A DNA stretch of 64,000 bases, taken from IMG/VR virus record IMGVR_UViG_2778261223_000007, positions 12,132-76,131 of that record, one strand, 5' to 3'. This document shows positions 10,843 through 19,511 of the stretch, piece by piece; the stretch's first letter is position 1, and each line of letters starts with the position of its first letter. The notes under the pieces were generated by a model, which was given only the letters and a program-made list of their open reading frames with translations, did no database searches and was not told where the DNA came from. The translations under genes were made by a program, and so were the position numbers. Source of the DNA: a virus. Lineage: Duplodnaviria > Heunggongvirae > Uroviricota > Caudoviricetes.

Positions 10843-10868
10843 TTCTCTTAAACCAAGGTTTAGGATTG
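10843..10868. promoter_or_regulatory. crossover site for the DNA invertase (cix-like, right)
   Basis: TTCTCTTAAACCAAGGTTTAGGATTG, an inverted copy of the left site core. It overlaps the 3' end of cin. Confidence 0.75.
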
Positions 10869-11420
10869 AAATGATGATGCCGGAAACTTCTTATAAAGCG
10901 TGGAAACAGCCACATCATAGATGATTGCAACCTGCTTACGAGGGATGCCCTTCTCCAGCAATCGCCGCATTTGCTGCCATGTTTCTTCTTGGTATTTAGG
11001 CCGACGCCCACCTATACGACCTTCTGCGCGAGCTGCATCAAGTCCAGCGCGTGTACGTTCAATGATAAGCTCACGTTCCATTTCTGCCAGCGCACCCATT
11101 ACGTGAAAGAAAAAGCGCCCCATTGGTGTACTGGTGTCGATGGAGTCAGTGAGACTCCGGAAGTTAATGCCTCTGTCACGCAGCTCTTCCACCAGCACAA
11201 CCAAGTGACGCATGCTGCGCCCAAGGCGATCTAACTTCCATACGACCAGGGTGTCACCTCTGGAAAGAATACGCAGAACCTTTTTTAACCCTGGGCGTTC
11301 AGCCTTTTTGCCGCTCGCCTTATCCTCAAAAATTAGCTCACATCCTGCGCTTTCAAGGGCGTTTCGTTGTAAAGCGGTGTTTTGGTCATTAGTTGATACG
11401 CGAATGTATCCAATAAGCAT
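10860..11420 (-). CDS. cin: serine DNA invertase (Cin/Gin/Hin/Pin family)
   Basis: 186 aa. It carries the N-terminal catalytic motif MLIGYIRVSTNDQ...LDRLGRS and a C-terminal HTH. It is adjacent to the invertible segment and transcribed toward it. Confidence 0.92.
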   Translation of the reverse strand: MLIGYIRVSTNDQNTALQRNALESAGCELIFEDKASGKKAERPGLKKVLRILSRGDTLVVWKLDRLGRSMRHLVVLVEELRDRGINFRSLTDSIDTSTPMGRFFFHVMGALAEMERELIIERTRAGLDAARAEGRIGGRRPKYQEETWQQMRRLLEKGIPRKQVAIIYDVAVSTLYKKFPASSFQS

Positions 11421-11525
11421 ATGTCCCCCCTTGTATGTTAAGGGGGGAGATTCTAGAAGATGTCCTGTAAGGAAATAACAAACTGACTAAGTTAGTGGCG
11501 CATTAGATGTTATTTCTGGAGGGGT

Positions 11526-11852
11526 ATGTTTGCAGATTATGAAAATCTGGCTGTAGTAGTCATAACATCCCTACTAAGTGGAACCGGCGTATTCCTTCTC
11601 GGAGTTAGAGACGGGCGCATTTCTGCGTCCCTGCTCAATCTTGCGAGTGAATTGTTTACTGCGGTAACAGCCGGGCTTGCGGGGTATGGGGTGGCGGTTA
11701 GCCAAGAATGGCCTGAAGGTATCATTTTCTGCGTTGTTCTGATTGCCAGTAACAACGGTAGTGAAATTTTACAGGGCTTGAAGTCCAGAGCTAGTAACGT
11801 CTTGAATCTCTTAAGCGTAATAGCGAATGGGGGAAAAGGTGGAGAGAAATAA
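11526..11852 (+). CDS. holin-like membrane protein (LydA position)
   Basis: 108 aa with three hydrophobic segments. It is the first gene of the operon containing the darA-like gene, as in P1. Confidence 0.5.
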   Translation: MFADYENLAVVVITSLLSGTGVFLLGVRDGRISASLLNLASELFTAVTAGLAGYGVAVSQEWPEGIIFCVVLIASNNGSEILQGLKSRASNVLNLLSVIANGGKGGEK

Positions 11853-12298
11853 TGGGTAACTTTGGAAATTATTTCATTTTTATCATGGCATTTGTTGCCA
11901 TCATTGACCGTTTCATTTTTCGTCGCAAGAGTGTTGAGATTTTGAGTATTGGTGACGCTGTAGTGAAAGAATCCGCTATAGCATTTCCTGTTTCGCTACG
12001 TGTTAAGCGAAGCTGGGTGAGCAATGCTCAAATCGAATATTGGTTGCAAGACCTGAAAAATCCATCTGTGGTTATTTCAGGGAAAACGCGACCAGTTGAC
12101 GCCTCAAAACGCGGTGAGAGAGAAGAGTATTTGCTCATCGATACGAAATATCTTGAGCCAACGAAGTGGGATCTGAAAGTCACATTGACTAACGGTAACT
12201 GCCGACTGAATCCGCTTTATCGCATTTTCCCTATCAATGACTGCATAGAGCGCCAATTTACGATCGAAAAGCGTGAAGGAGACTGGGATGTCAAATAA
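11852..12298 (+). CDS. antiholin-like protein (LydB position)
   Basis: 148 aa with an N-terminal hydrophobic anchor. Its start overlaps the preceding stop. Confidence 0.4.
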   Translation: MGNFGNYFIFIMAFVAIIDRFIFRRKSVEILSIGDAVVKESAIAFPVSLRVKRSWVSNAQIEYWLQDLKNPSVVISGKTRPVDASKRGEREEYLLIDTKYLEPTKWDLKVTLTNGNCRLNPLYRIFPINDCIERQFTIEKREGDWDVK

Positions 12299-12908
12299 AA
12301 ATAATTATGTTCTTCTTAATTATGATGAGTTAAACGAAAAGGGGCTGTCAAAACTCGTCAAAGAAATCAGCAAAGGTGGTTACAAGATAGCGAGGGTGAT
12401 CCCTGCAAGTAATGGCAGGAAGAAAGATGGGATCATGACGCGCACGTTTACCCTTATTGGTATTGATGAACAGACAATGGAAGTTCAGGTTAACGATACC
12501 GGTGATATATCTGGGATCAAACTGAATGGTAAAACAGTACCGTTCAAGCCAGTAAAAACAATGTCGGCTTTGGGGCAATCTCTTGCGGCTTTATTTAATC
12601 GTGGAGCAACTTCTTTCCAGAAGTCACTAGCTCGAAAACTTGCTCGTGCAGCAAAAAATATTGATGACGGAAATAAGAAGCGGCAGGGAGTTAAATCTAA
12701 CGCTCAGAAATTAGCTGAAGCGAAAGAATCACGTGATGCACTCCGTGAAGATATCGCTAATGCTAACGACAAACTGTCTAAACTCCAGAGCAAGTCAGAC
12801 AAAGTAATGCAAGATACGGGTAATGTTAAAGCTGCCTTGTCTCAGGAAGTAGCTAAGACACGTGCTCTTAAAGAAGAAATCGCGCGCCTGGAGGATGAGC
12901 ATGATTAA
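12273..12908 (+). CDS. Hdf-like head/antirestriction accessory protein
   Basis: 211-aa basic protein with a coiled-coil C-terminus, lying upstream of the darA-like gene. The call rests on synteny. Confidence 0.35.
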   Translation: MKETGMSNKNNYVLLNYDELNEKGLSKLVKEISKGGYKIARVIPASNGRKKDGIMTRTFTLIGIDEQTMEVQVNDTGDISGIKLNGKTVPFKPVKTMSALGQSLAALFNRGATSFQKSLARKLARAAKNIDDGNKKRQGVKSNAQKLAEAKESRDALREDIANANDKLSKLQSKSDKVMQDTGNVKAALSQEVAKTRALKEEIARLEDEHD

Positions 12909-14838
12909 CAATCCTTTACGAATTAATATTCAGTCTACTTTTGCTGATACGATCCCCGGCTATATGCCAAGTCGCTGGTCTTCAGAAGAATTAAGCGAAG
13001 ATGACCTGATTTTTGAGGCGGCGACCTTAGAAGATATTGAGCTTGCCTATATGGGCAATGAAATTCTGGTTGTGTCTGACGAAGCTATGTTTGAGTCCAT
13101 AACTACAACCAGAATTCGGTTAGCTCAAACAATGCGAGCTTTCGTCCGTGCGCTGAATCGTGGCCTGAATGGTACGAATATTATGGCAGGGACTGATGAA
13201 GCTGGGACCGATGAAAATGGACGTAATTGTATTGGTGGTGCGATTATCGGTCGTGTACGTCGGGTAGCTAATATCCCCGTTTTGACCGCGCAGATACCGC
13301 TTACTGACGGGCAGAGTACAAGCATAATTTTCCACTCTCCAACAGCTGACGGGGCAAAAATAAAGAGTAACGACGAGCTTGTTGCATTTCAGTTTTTACT
13401 TAATAAGCGTAACGTAACTCACGTTGTCGCCCCGATTGGTGGGAGAGATGTTTCTTTAAACCAGGTATGCCAGGCGCTATCTAATTTGATTGAGCGTAAC
13501 AGCGAAAAATTTAAGAAAGCAAAAGAGCGCCAGGACAAAATGAAGGCAGATATTGAGAGTTATCTCAATGAAGCAGATAAACTGGCAGAAGAACGGTCAA
13601 TAATGATTGATCAGGTGGAAGTTGCGCAACGAGGGCTGACTGAAAAGCGTGCTGCTCTTACGGAGATGCAAAAAAAACTTGATTCCCAGAAAGCCATCAA
13701 CGAGGAATTACAAGCAAAACGCGATAAATTGTTGTCTGCTAAAGGTGAAAAAACGAAAGAACGAGCGTTTAGTGACCAGCTGCGACATGTAAAACATAAT
13801 CTTGCCATTGACGGAAAAACAGTGCTGGATAATGGCGCTGAAGTTAATTATGTCACGTCCGGCAGTGATAATTTCGTTACGATAGTAGCACCTGAAGGTA
13901 AATTCAGTATTGATGCCAGTGCTGTCAAAGGAGGCAGTTTGGCAGATGCTGCAACCAAATTACTTAAAGCCTACCGAGAGCATAACGCAGATAAATATAA
14001 AGTTGATGTGTTACCAGGCCAGCAGGAAGACCCCGAACCACCACAGACAGACCCCGAGACGAACCCAGTATCACAACCAGAGAGCCAGGATGTAGGTAAA
14101 TACCACTATGCACTTCAATCTCGCCCGGCTGGTGTTGGTGCTGTGCCGGATGGAAATAAAGCCGTGCTTGATCGTCCTGACCAGGCTGATCAGTATTACG
14201 AATATGCTCGTCACGGTATCATTACGTATGACCGTAAACTGACAGATGAAGAAGTCAGCCAGTACGAGTTGCTCTATCTTCCTGATGAAGATGAGCTGAA
14301 AGATTTTGCAGGCCAATTGGTTGTGTCCAGCATGTCGAAACATATTGATGGCTATGTAGACCTGTTTGGCAGTGACCTGAAAACATTCAAGGCGCAAGTG
14401 AAAATTCTTTTCCGCAAAGCGTTTCCAAACGTGGCGTATCCACTTGGTGATGGGGAGAACCTTTTCATTATGGACGTATATAACGCCCTTCAAAATCATT
14501 CAAACGAAGTAACGCCAGAGCCTGAATTAGCACCTGTAGTTGAGCCAGAATCACACCCACAAACAGCACCAGAGCAACAGCCAACGCCGGAAGACGCTGA
14601 AGAAGCGGCAACTGAAGCTGATCAGGAAGCAGATAAAGCGTTGGAGTACCTTAAATCCGTCCCGGTGCAGTTTACATCTCGCGATCTGACGGTAATCAGT
14701 GCCGAACTTGACCATGTGCAGGAAGCTGCAAACGCTCTTATCAGTGCTGGTCGATACGACGAGAACGAATCAACGGTTGGCGCAGCAGTTGACTACCTGA
14801 TCAACATTCTGGCTGAAATTCAGCAGGGAGGTGCTTAA
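12901..14838 (+). CDS. DarA-like internal head / antirestriction protein
   Basis: 645 aa counted from the ATG at 12901, which has a GGAGG 6 nt upstream. The track ORF starts earlier, at 12862. The size matches P1 DarA (639 aa) and the gene lies in a lyd-hdf-darA-ddrA-ddrB arrangement. Confidence 0.5.
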   Translation: MINNPLRINIQSTFADTIPGYMPSRWSSEELSEDDLIFEAATLEDIELAYMGNEILVVSDEAMFESITTTRIRLAQTMRAFVRALNRGLNGTNIMAGTDEAGTDENGRNCIGGAIIGRVRRVANIPVLTAQIPLTDGQSTSIIFHSPTADGAKIKSNDELVAFQFLLNKRNVTHVVAPIGGRDVSLNQVCQALSNLIERNSEKFKKAKERQDKMKADIESYLNEADKLAEERSIMIDQVEVAQRGLTEKRAALTEMQKKLDSQKAINEELQAKRDKLLSAKGEKTKERAFSDQLRHVKHNLAIDGKTVLDNGAEVNYVTSGSDNFVTIVAPEGKFSIDASAVKGGSLADAATKLLKAYREHNADKYKVDVLPGQQEDPEPPQTDPETNPVSQPESQDVGKYHYALQSRPAGVGAVPDGNKAVLDRPDQADQYYEYARHGIITYDRKLTDEEVSQYELLYLPDEDELKDFAGQLVVSSMSKHIDGYVDLFGSDLKTFKAQVKILFRKAFPNVAYPLGDGENLFIMDVYNALQNHSNEVTPEPELAPVVEPESHPQTAPEQQPTPEDAEEAATEADQEADKALEYLKSVPVQFTSRDLTVISAELDHVQEAANALISAGRYDENESTVGAAVDYLINILAEIQQGGA

Positions 14839-15212
14839 TGACTATCTCTGTTTTAGACCGTCTGAAATTGGGTAAAGAGCTATCAGATTTAATGCAGGCG
14901 CAGAAAACCGCGCCAGTATTACAACGCGTCGCCATTGGTAAGCAGATTGTCGATCTGATGCTTAAACTGGGGTTGGGTACTGCCGCTCAACCGATGTCGG
15001 AACCGCAACCACAACCACAGTCTGATCCTGTTGCAGATGAAGTTCCTAAGATAGTGACTGACTTCCTGGGCGGCGTGTTCACAAAGTCCACACAAATGGA
15101 ATTTATTGATGCGCTGCGTGGGATCTCAAACTATGTTGGTGAGTTCCTTACGTTGGAGCAGGCTAAAGAGCAGACCATAAGCTGGGTGAAAGCCAACGGT
15201 TATGCCGGGTAA
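14838..15212 (+). CDS. DdrA-like protein
   Basis: 124 aa. It is translationally coupled to the preceding gene (ATGA overlap). Confidence 0.4.
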   Translation: MTISVLDRLKLGKELSDLMQAQKTAPVLQRVAIGKQIVDLMLKLGLGTAAQPMSEPQPQPQSDPVADEVPKIVTDFLGGVFTKSTQMEFIDALRGISNYVGEFLTLEQAKEQTISWVKANGYAG

Positions 15213-15215
15213 TCA

Positions 15216-15250
15216 AAAGGGGGTGAAATGCCCCTTTCACTTCTCTGTTC
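15216..15250 (+). terminator. hairpin plus U-rich tract after the ddrA-like gene (possible attenuator or terminator)
   Basis: AAAGGGG / CCCCTTT 7-bp stem with an 8-nt loop, followed by a T-rich stretch. Confidence 0.35.
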
Positions 15251-15306
15251 TCACATAAATCACACTCTTTTTACACTCACAGCTTTCTCTATAGTTGGAG
15301 TGTATT

Positions 15307-16671
15307 TTGAACAAATCAGTTACTTCTGCGCTTTCCGAGGCCGCAGATATTAACAGCGTCATTGCTCTGGTTTCTTCATTAGAGAGGAAAGAAACACGCC
15401 TGGGGCGAAGTAGCTACGTAGTCACCAGCAAAGGTGCAGAGGTAAAGACGGCTTTTAAGGTCGTTGATGCCAGCAGTCTGATCATTTCGAACAACCTTGA
15501 CGGTACGATTAACCCGGCCTTCCCGGAAGAACTCCAACCACGAGATCGTACCCGGCTATCCAGCAAACTCCAGGTTAACCGTATTGCCTCCGATTTACGC
15601 CCGGCACAATTAACGGATTCCGGTATGAGCAGCCACGGAGCGCCGATAGTTGGTCCGGACAACGTTGTTGAATCCGGCAACGGAAGGAGTATGGGTATCT
15701 GGCGTGCCTATGAGCAAGGACAGGCGGATGAGTATCGCCAGTACCTGATCGACCATGCGAAAGAGTTTGGTCTGAATCCTGACGAAATTTCGCAAATGTC
15801 TATGCCCGTACTGGTGCGAGAAAGACTCACAGATGTAGACCGCGCTCAATTTGCCCGCGATTCAAACATTAGCGATCTGCAAGAGATGGCAGCAAGTGAA
15901 AAAGCGTATGCGGATGCGCAATTTCTCACTGAGAGCGTCATGGCGCTATTTAATCCTTCAGATGATGGAAATCTGCTGGCGCGGTCCAATGATGCGTTTA
16001 TTCGTGCGTTTTTGCGCGAAATTGGCGATACAGCGACGGCAGGCTTGCTTACTGCCGATGGGCGTCCCACGAAACAGCTTATCGATCGCATCCAGAATGC
16101 AATTTTTGCCAAAGCGTACAAGGATGAAAGGCTTGTTCGGCTGGTGTCGGAAGAGCCAGATCCGGAAATGCGTAATATCCTGATCGCATTAAATACGGCA
16201 GCCAGCGATTTTGCGCAAATGCAGTCGCTGTCTGGCGATGTTCACCATGACACGGTAACCGGACTGGTAGACGGTATAGAGCAATTGAATGGTCTGGATA
16301 AACAGGCTATTGCAGCGCTACAGGAAGCAATTAACCTTGTTCGTGAAGCAAAAGATAACGGTCAGGCAGTAGAAGAGGTGATCGCACAGCGTGGATTGTT
16401 TGGAGATAGCACTCCGGAAGCAGAAGCGCTTGCTCTGTTTATTGTTGCCAACAACCGAAGCGCTAAGCGAATGGGGGCCGCTTTCAAGAAACTGGCGCAA
16501 AAAATTAACGATGAACTTATTCACCAACAACAAGCGTTAGGCGATATGTTCGGCGGCGGAGATGTCGATCTGCGTAGCATTTTATCTGCCGTTTCTGATG
16601 AAATTGAGACTGAGTTTGGCGAAGGTAAAGGGTTAATTTTTTCTATGTTTGAGCCAACCTCTGTTGGGTAA
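15307..16671 (+). CDS. DdrB-like protein (possibly only the N-terminal part of a larger ancestral gene)
   Basis: 454 aa from the TTG at 15307, which has a GGAG SD. The track starts at the TTG at 15295. An AT-rich island begins right after its stop. Confidence 0.4.
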   Translation: MNKSVTSALSEAADINSVIALVSSLERKETRLGRSSYVVTSKGAEVKTAFKVVDASSLIISNNLDGTINPAFPEELQPRDRTRLSSKLQVNRIASDLRPAQLTDSGMSSHGAPIVGPDNVVESGNGRSMGIWRAYEQGQADEYRQYLIDHAKEFGLNPDEISQMSMPVLVRERLTDVDRAQFARDSNISDLQEMAASEKAYADAQFLTESVMALFNPSDDGNLLARSNDAFIRAFLREIGDTATAGLLTADGRPTKQLIDRIQNAIFAKAYKDERLVRLVSEEPDPEMRNILIALNTAASDFAQMQSLSGDVHHDTVTGLVDGIEQLNGLDKQAIAALQEAINLVREAKDNGQAVEEVIAQRGLFGDSTPEAEALALFIVANNRSAKRMGAAFKKLAQKINDELIHQQQALGDMFGGGDVDLRSILSAVSDEIETEFGEGKGLIFSMFEPTSVG

Positions 16672-16796
16672 CATCAATGTAACTTAATGCTCTTTCTGTG
16701 CGTTCATCACATATCTGAAGATGGGCGCATAATTCATTTTTGTTCCTGTTTAATAATATGTAAACTAGCTGAAAATATAATGAATGAGGATAACCG

Positions 16797-17354
16797 ATGT
16801 CATCATTTACAGATTTGGTTTCAGCTCTTGCATGGCCATTGGTGTTTGTGTGGTTTGTTAATAAGTATGGGGTTGATATTAAGGAGTTAATAGTACGTCT
16901 GAGTAGATTCAAGATTGGAGTAGCTGAAGCTGAGTTTAATGCGGGACTAACCGCAGCAGAAGTATTAGCAACAGATGCATCAGTTGGGAATAGAAATATT
17001 AACAATGGTAATAATAACTCTGAATATATAAATAAAATCGCACAATTAGAGAGAATTGCTGATTTTTCACCTAGAGCTGCTATTATGGAGTCATGGTTGA
17101 TGGTAGAGGAGGCTGCCGGGCGCTCTGGTTTTATACAGGGAGGGTTAAAGCCGAAACGGAATCCAGAACTATTCATTGACTGGTTGATTCAAGAAGGAAA
17201 ACTTGAAGATTCCGCTGCTTTGCTGTTAAAACGGCTTCGCTCGCTAAGAAATGAAGCCGCGCACTTTCTGGATTTTGAAATCACCAGAAATGAAGCTGAA
17301 CGCTATATAAGACTTGCAGCGAAGGTTTCACAACTTATTGTTGATCCAGATTAG
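16797..17354 (+). CDS. membrane-anchored HEPN-like (Rx4H, DUF4145-like) protein
   Basis: 185 aa. It has an N-terminal TM helix (LVSALAWPLVFVWFV) and a C-terminal LRSLRNEAAHFLDFEITRNEAERYIRLAAKV with an R-x4-H motif. Local GC is low and there is a strong SD (gagga). Confidence 0.55.
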   Translation: MSSFTDLVSALAWPLVFVWFVNKYGVDIKELIVRLSRFKIGVAEAEFNAGLTAAEVLATDASVGNRNINNGNNNSEYINKIAQLERIADFSPRAAIMESWLMVEEAAGRSGFIQGGLKPKRNPELFIDWLIQEGKLEDSAALLLKRLRSLRNEAAHFLDFEITRNEAERYIRLAAKVSQLIVDPD

Positions 17355-17398
17355 TTTTACTTACTTAGCTTTGATAATTTATAACATGGAGTATAGTT

Positions 17399-17731
17399 AT
17401 GAGAAATATAATCCTGGTTTGTGCTTTATTAGCTTCTGCATCAGTTTGTGCTGCGCCCTATAAGATAAAAATCCCTTCTGATCCAAAAGCTACTTATACA
17501 GTGCTGGATATTGGTCGTGAAGGTGAATATAAAACTATCATTACAAAAAGGGAAGGCCCATCTGGGACAGCATATTCGAAGAGAATATATAATTGCATGA
17601 CAAATGAAGTGAAGTATCTTGGTTCTGGGGAGACGCTTGAACAGATGAAAAATTCAAAACCTGATCCCAAAATGGGGGGGATTGTAAGTGGTTCCATCGC
17701 TGACTATGTGGGCAGGGAAGCGTGTAAGTAA
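17399..17731 (+). CDS. small secreted/periplasmic protein
   Basis: 110 aa with a cleavable signal peptide (MRNIILVCALLASASVCAAP) and two Cys. It shares the AT-rich island with the previous gene. Confidence 0.6.
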   Translation: MRNIILVCALLASASVCAAPYKIKIPSDPKATYTVLDIGREGEYKTIITKREGPSGTAYSKRIYNCMTNEVKYLGSGETLEQMKNSKPDPKMGGIVSGSIADYVGREACK

Positions 17732-17815
17732 TCATTAACAGCACCAATAAAACTCTCCTATCAAATCACATACTGATTATGCTGCCGCAAAACTGGAAAC
17801 AATTTGCGGTGATTC

Positions 17816-19498
17816 ATGGCAACGAAAGACAAAAACAAAGGCTTTCTGTCAGCATTGAAGAAAGCCTTCAACGGTGGTGATGTTACGCCCGCCGATCCGG
17901 TCGTTTTTACGAGCGGGCATAGTGTCGTTGCTCGTTCCGGCCTGTCTGCTTTACGTCCAGGTATACTGGGGAGCAACAGCGATGGCATGACGAGTGCAGC
18001 AGATTCAATTTCTTTATCCGCTGAACTGCCCGGCGAGCGCCTGCAAAAGTACAACATCCTGGAAACGATGGCTAAAAGCCCGACTATCTCGACGGCTTTA
18101 AACATTCACATTGCACATGCGCTTGCGCCTTCAAAAAAAACCGGACAAGCATTCATCCTTTCGCCAAAGGATGGTTCCGATGCTGAGGCAGTAAGTAGAT
18201 GTGAAGAGTTAACCGCTGATTTGGGGGCGATGATTAATGACGGACTTCCTTCATGGGCCATGATTATGGCTATCTTTGGGGTGTCTTATGTCCGACCTTA
18301 TGCTGAACAGGGCAGGGGGATAACAGGCATTGAGTCCAGTTATTACACTCTGCCACACTTCGTCCAGGAGTTTTATCGTGGTAGCCAGCTGGTAGGTTTC
18401 AGTGGTGATTACATTCTGGATACGCATAGTTTGCGCAGAGTAATAACCGAACCGTGGAATCTGGTTTCCATGAAAAATCCCTATTGGACGCCACAGCATA
18501 AAGTTATTCCGGTTAGCTACGGCACAAAAGGGTACTCACTGTTAAGTGATCAGGCTGATAAGCCGTTAATGGAGACGCAGAATTACGGAACTTCATTCCT
18601 GGAATACAGCTATGAACCTTACCTTAATTTATGTGCTTCGCTCGCCGCGCTGAAATCAACGCGAAATAATGCAGCCAAAATTGACCGCCTGATTGCTCTT
18701 ACGACGAACACACTGGACCCGGTTAATGCGGCGAACTATACGCGTGGCGTCAGCCAGGCATTGAAGCGTCATAGTGACCTGGTGGCGCAAAGGTCGATTA
18801 ATGCCAACGCTATTCCGACTGTGCTTAACCATCTGATACCTGTTATGGGAGACGGGAAGAACGGCATCACCATTGATACGCAATCCATACCCGCAGATAT
18901 CAGTGGTATCGAAGACGTTATGTTTCACCTCCGGCAGCTTGCTGCAAGCCTCGGCATTGACGCAACAATGCTTGGCTGGGCTGATCAGATGAGCGGAGGG
19001 CTTGGAGAAGGCGGCTGGCAGCAAACTGCTATCCAGGCTGCATTGCGTGCGAACTGGATCAGACAGGCCGCCCAGCGAACTATTTATCGGCTTCTGGACA
19101 TTCACCTCGCTTATAAATACGGCAAGGTTTACACCGAAACAAACCGCCCTTATGACGTGCAATTCAACTCAATGAACACTGCTATCCAGGAAGAGGAAAA
19201 CCGAGAACTGGATGCACGCGCCAACTTTGTTGCTGTCATCTCCCAAATTATGGACCAGATCCAGAACAACCCGAAACTGGCTGGTAGCGACGCGTTTATG
19301 CGTTATCTGTTCACTGAGCAGTTGCACATCGACGATGACACTCTCAACACCATGATCAAAGAGTTTAAGGCGAATGAATCAGAGCAAAACAACGAGCATG
19401 GTATGTACGAATCCGCGCCGTTGTCGTCCGGTGACGATCCGGAAAACTGGACGCCAGAACAGTTAATAAACTTTGCAAAATTTGTGATGAGCAATTAA
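17816..19498 (+). CDS. portal protein (Prt-like)
   Basis: 560-aa acidic protein. Its position relative to the protease-like gene matches the P1 prt-pro arrangement. Confidence 0.5.
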   Translation: MATKDKNKGFLSALKKAFNGGDVTPADPVVFTSGHSVVARSGLSALRPGILGSNSDGMTSAADSISLSAELPGERLQKYNILETMAKSPTISTALNIHIAHALAPSKKTGQAFILSPKDGSDAEAVSRCEELTADLGAMINDGLPSWAMIMAIFGVSYVRPYAEQGRGITGIESSYYTLPHFVQEFYRGSQLVGFSGDYILDTHSLRRVITEPWNLVSMKNPYWTPQHKVIPVSYGTKGYSLLSDQADKPLMETQNYGTSFLEYSYEPYLNLCASLAALKSTRNNAAKIDRLIALTTNTLDPVNAANYTRGVSQALKRHSDLVAQRSINANAIPTVLNHLIPVMGDGKNGITIDTQSIPADISGIEDVMFHLRQLAASLGIDATMLGWADQMSGGLGEGGWQQTAIQAALRANWIRQAAQRTIYRLLDIHLAYKYGKVYTETNRPYDVQFNSMNTAIQEEENRELDARANFVAVISQIMDQIQNNPKLAGSDAFMRYLFTEQLHIDDDTLNTMIKEFKANESEQNNEHGMYESAPLSSGDDPENWTPEQLINFAKFVMSN

Positions 19499-19511
19499 CC
19501 GGAGGGAAATA

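Larger units (their letters stand above)
6578..10868. other. site-specific invertible DNA segment (C-segment-like, ~4.3 kb). It switches the distal tail-fibre part and its assembly chaperone: Sv-U versus Sv'-U'.
   Basis: Inverted 26-bp crossover sites at both ends. Inside are two oppositely oriented tfa genes and a second distal-fibre ORF in frame with the constant S part after inversion. The Cin invertase gene abuts the right site. Confidence 0.85.

Noticed and set aside
10311-10924. ORFs 10311..10700 (-) and 10571..10924 (+) inside the right inverted repeat
   Set aside because: They overlap the Sv' coding frame and mirror equally spurious ORFs in the left arm (6595..6906, 6827..7183). They are alternative frames of the fibre gene.
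10860-11420. Serine recombinase could be read as a Tn3-family resolvase or integrative element marker
   Set aside because: It is small (186 aa), of the Hin/Gin/Cin type, and directly flanked by the inverted 26-bp crossover sites of the tail-fibre segment. No transposase or terminal inverted repeats are nearby.
16643-17176. 177-aa minus-strand ORF spanning the ddrB-like 3' end and the island gene
   Set aside because: It is antisense to two well-supported plus-strand genes with SDs, has no RBS, and has low-complexity composition.
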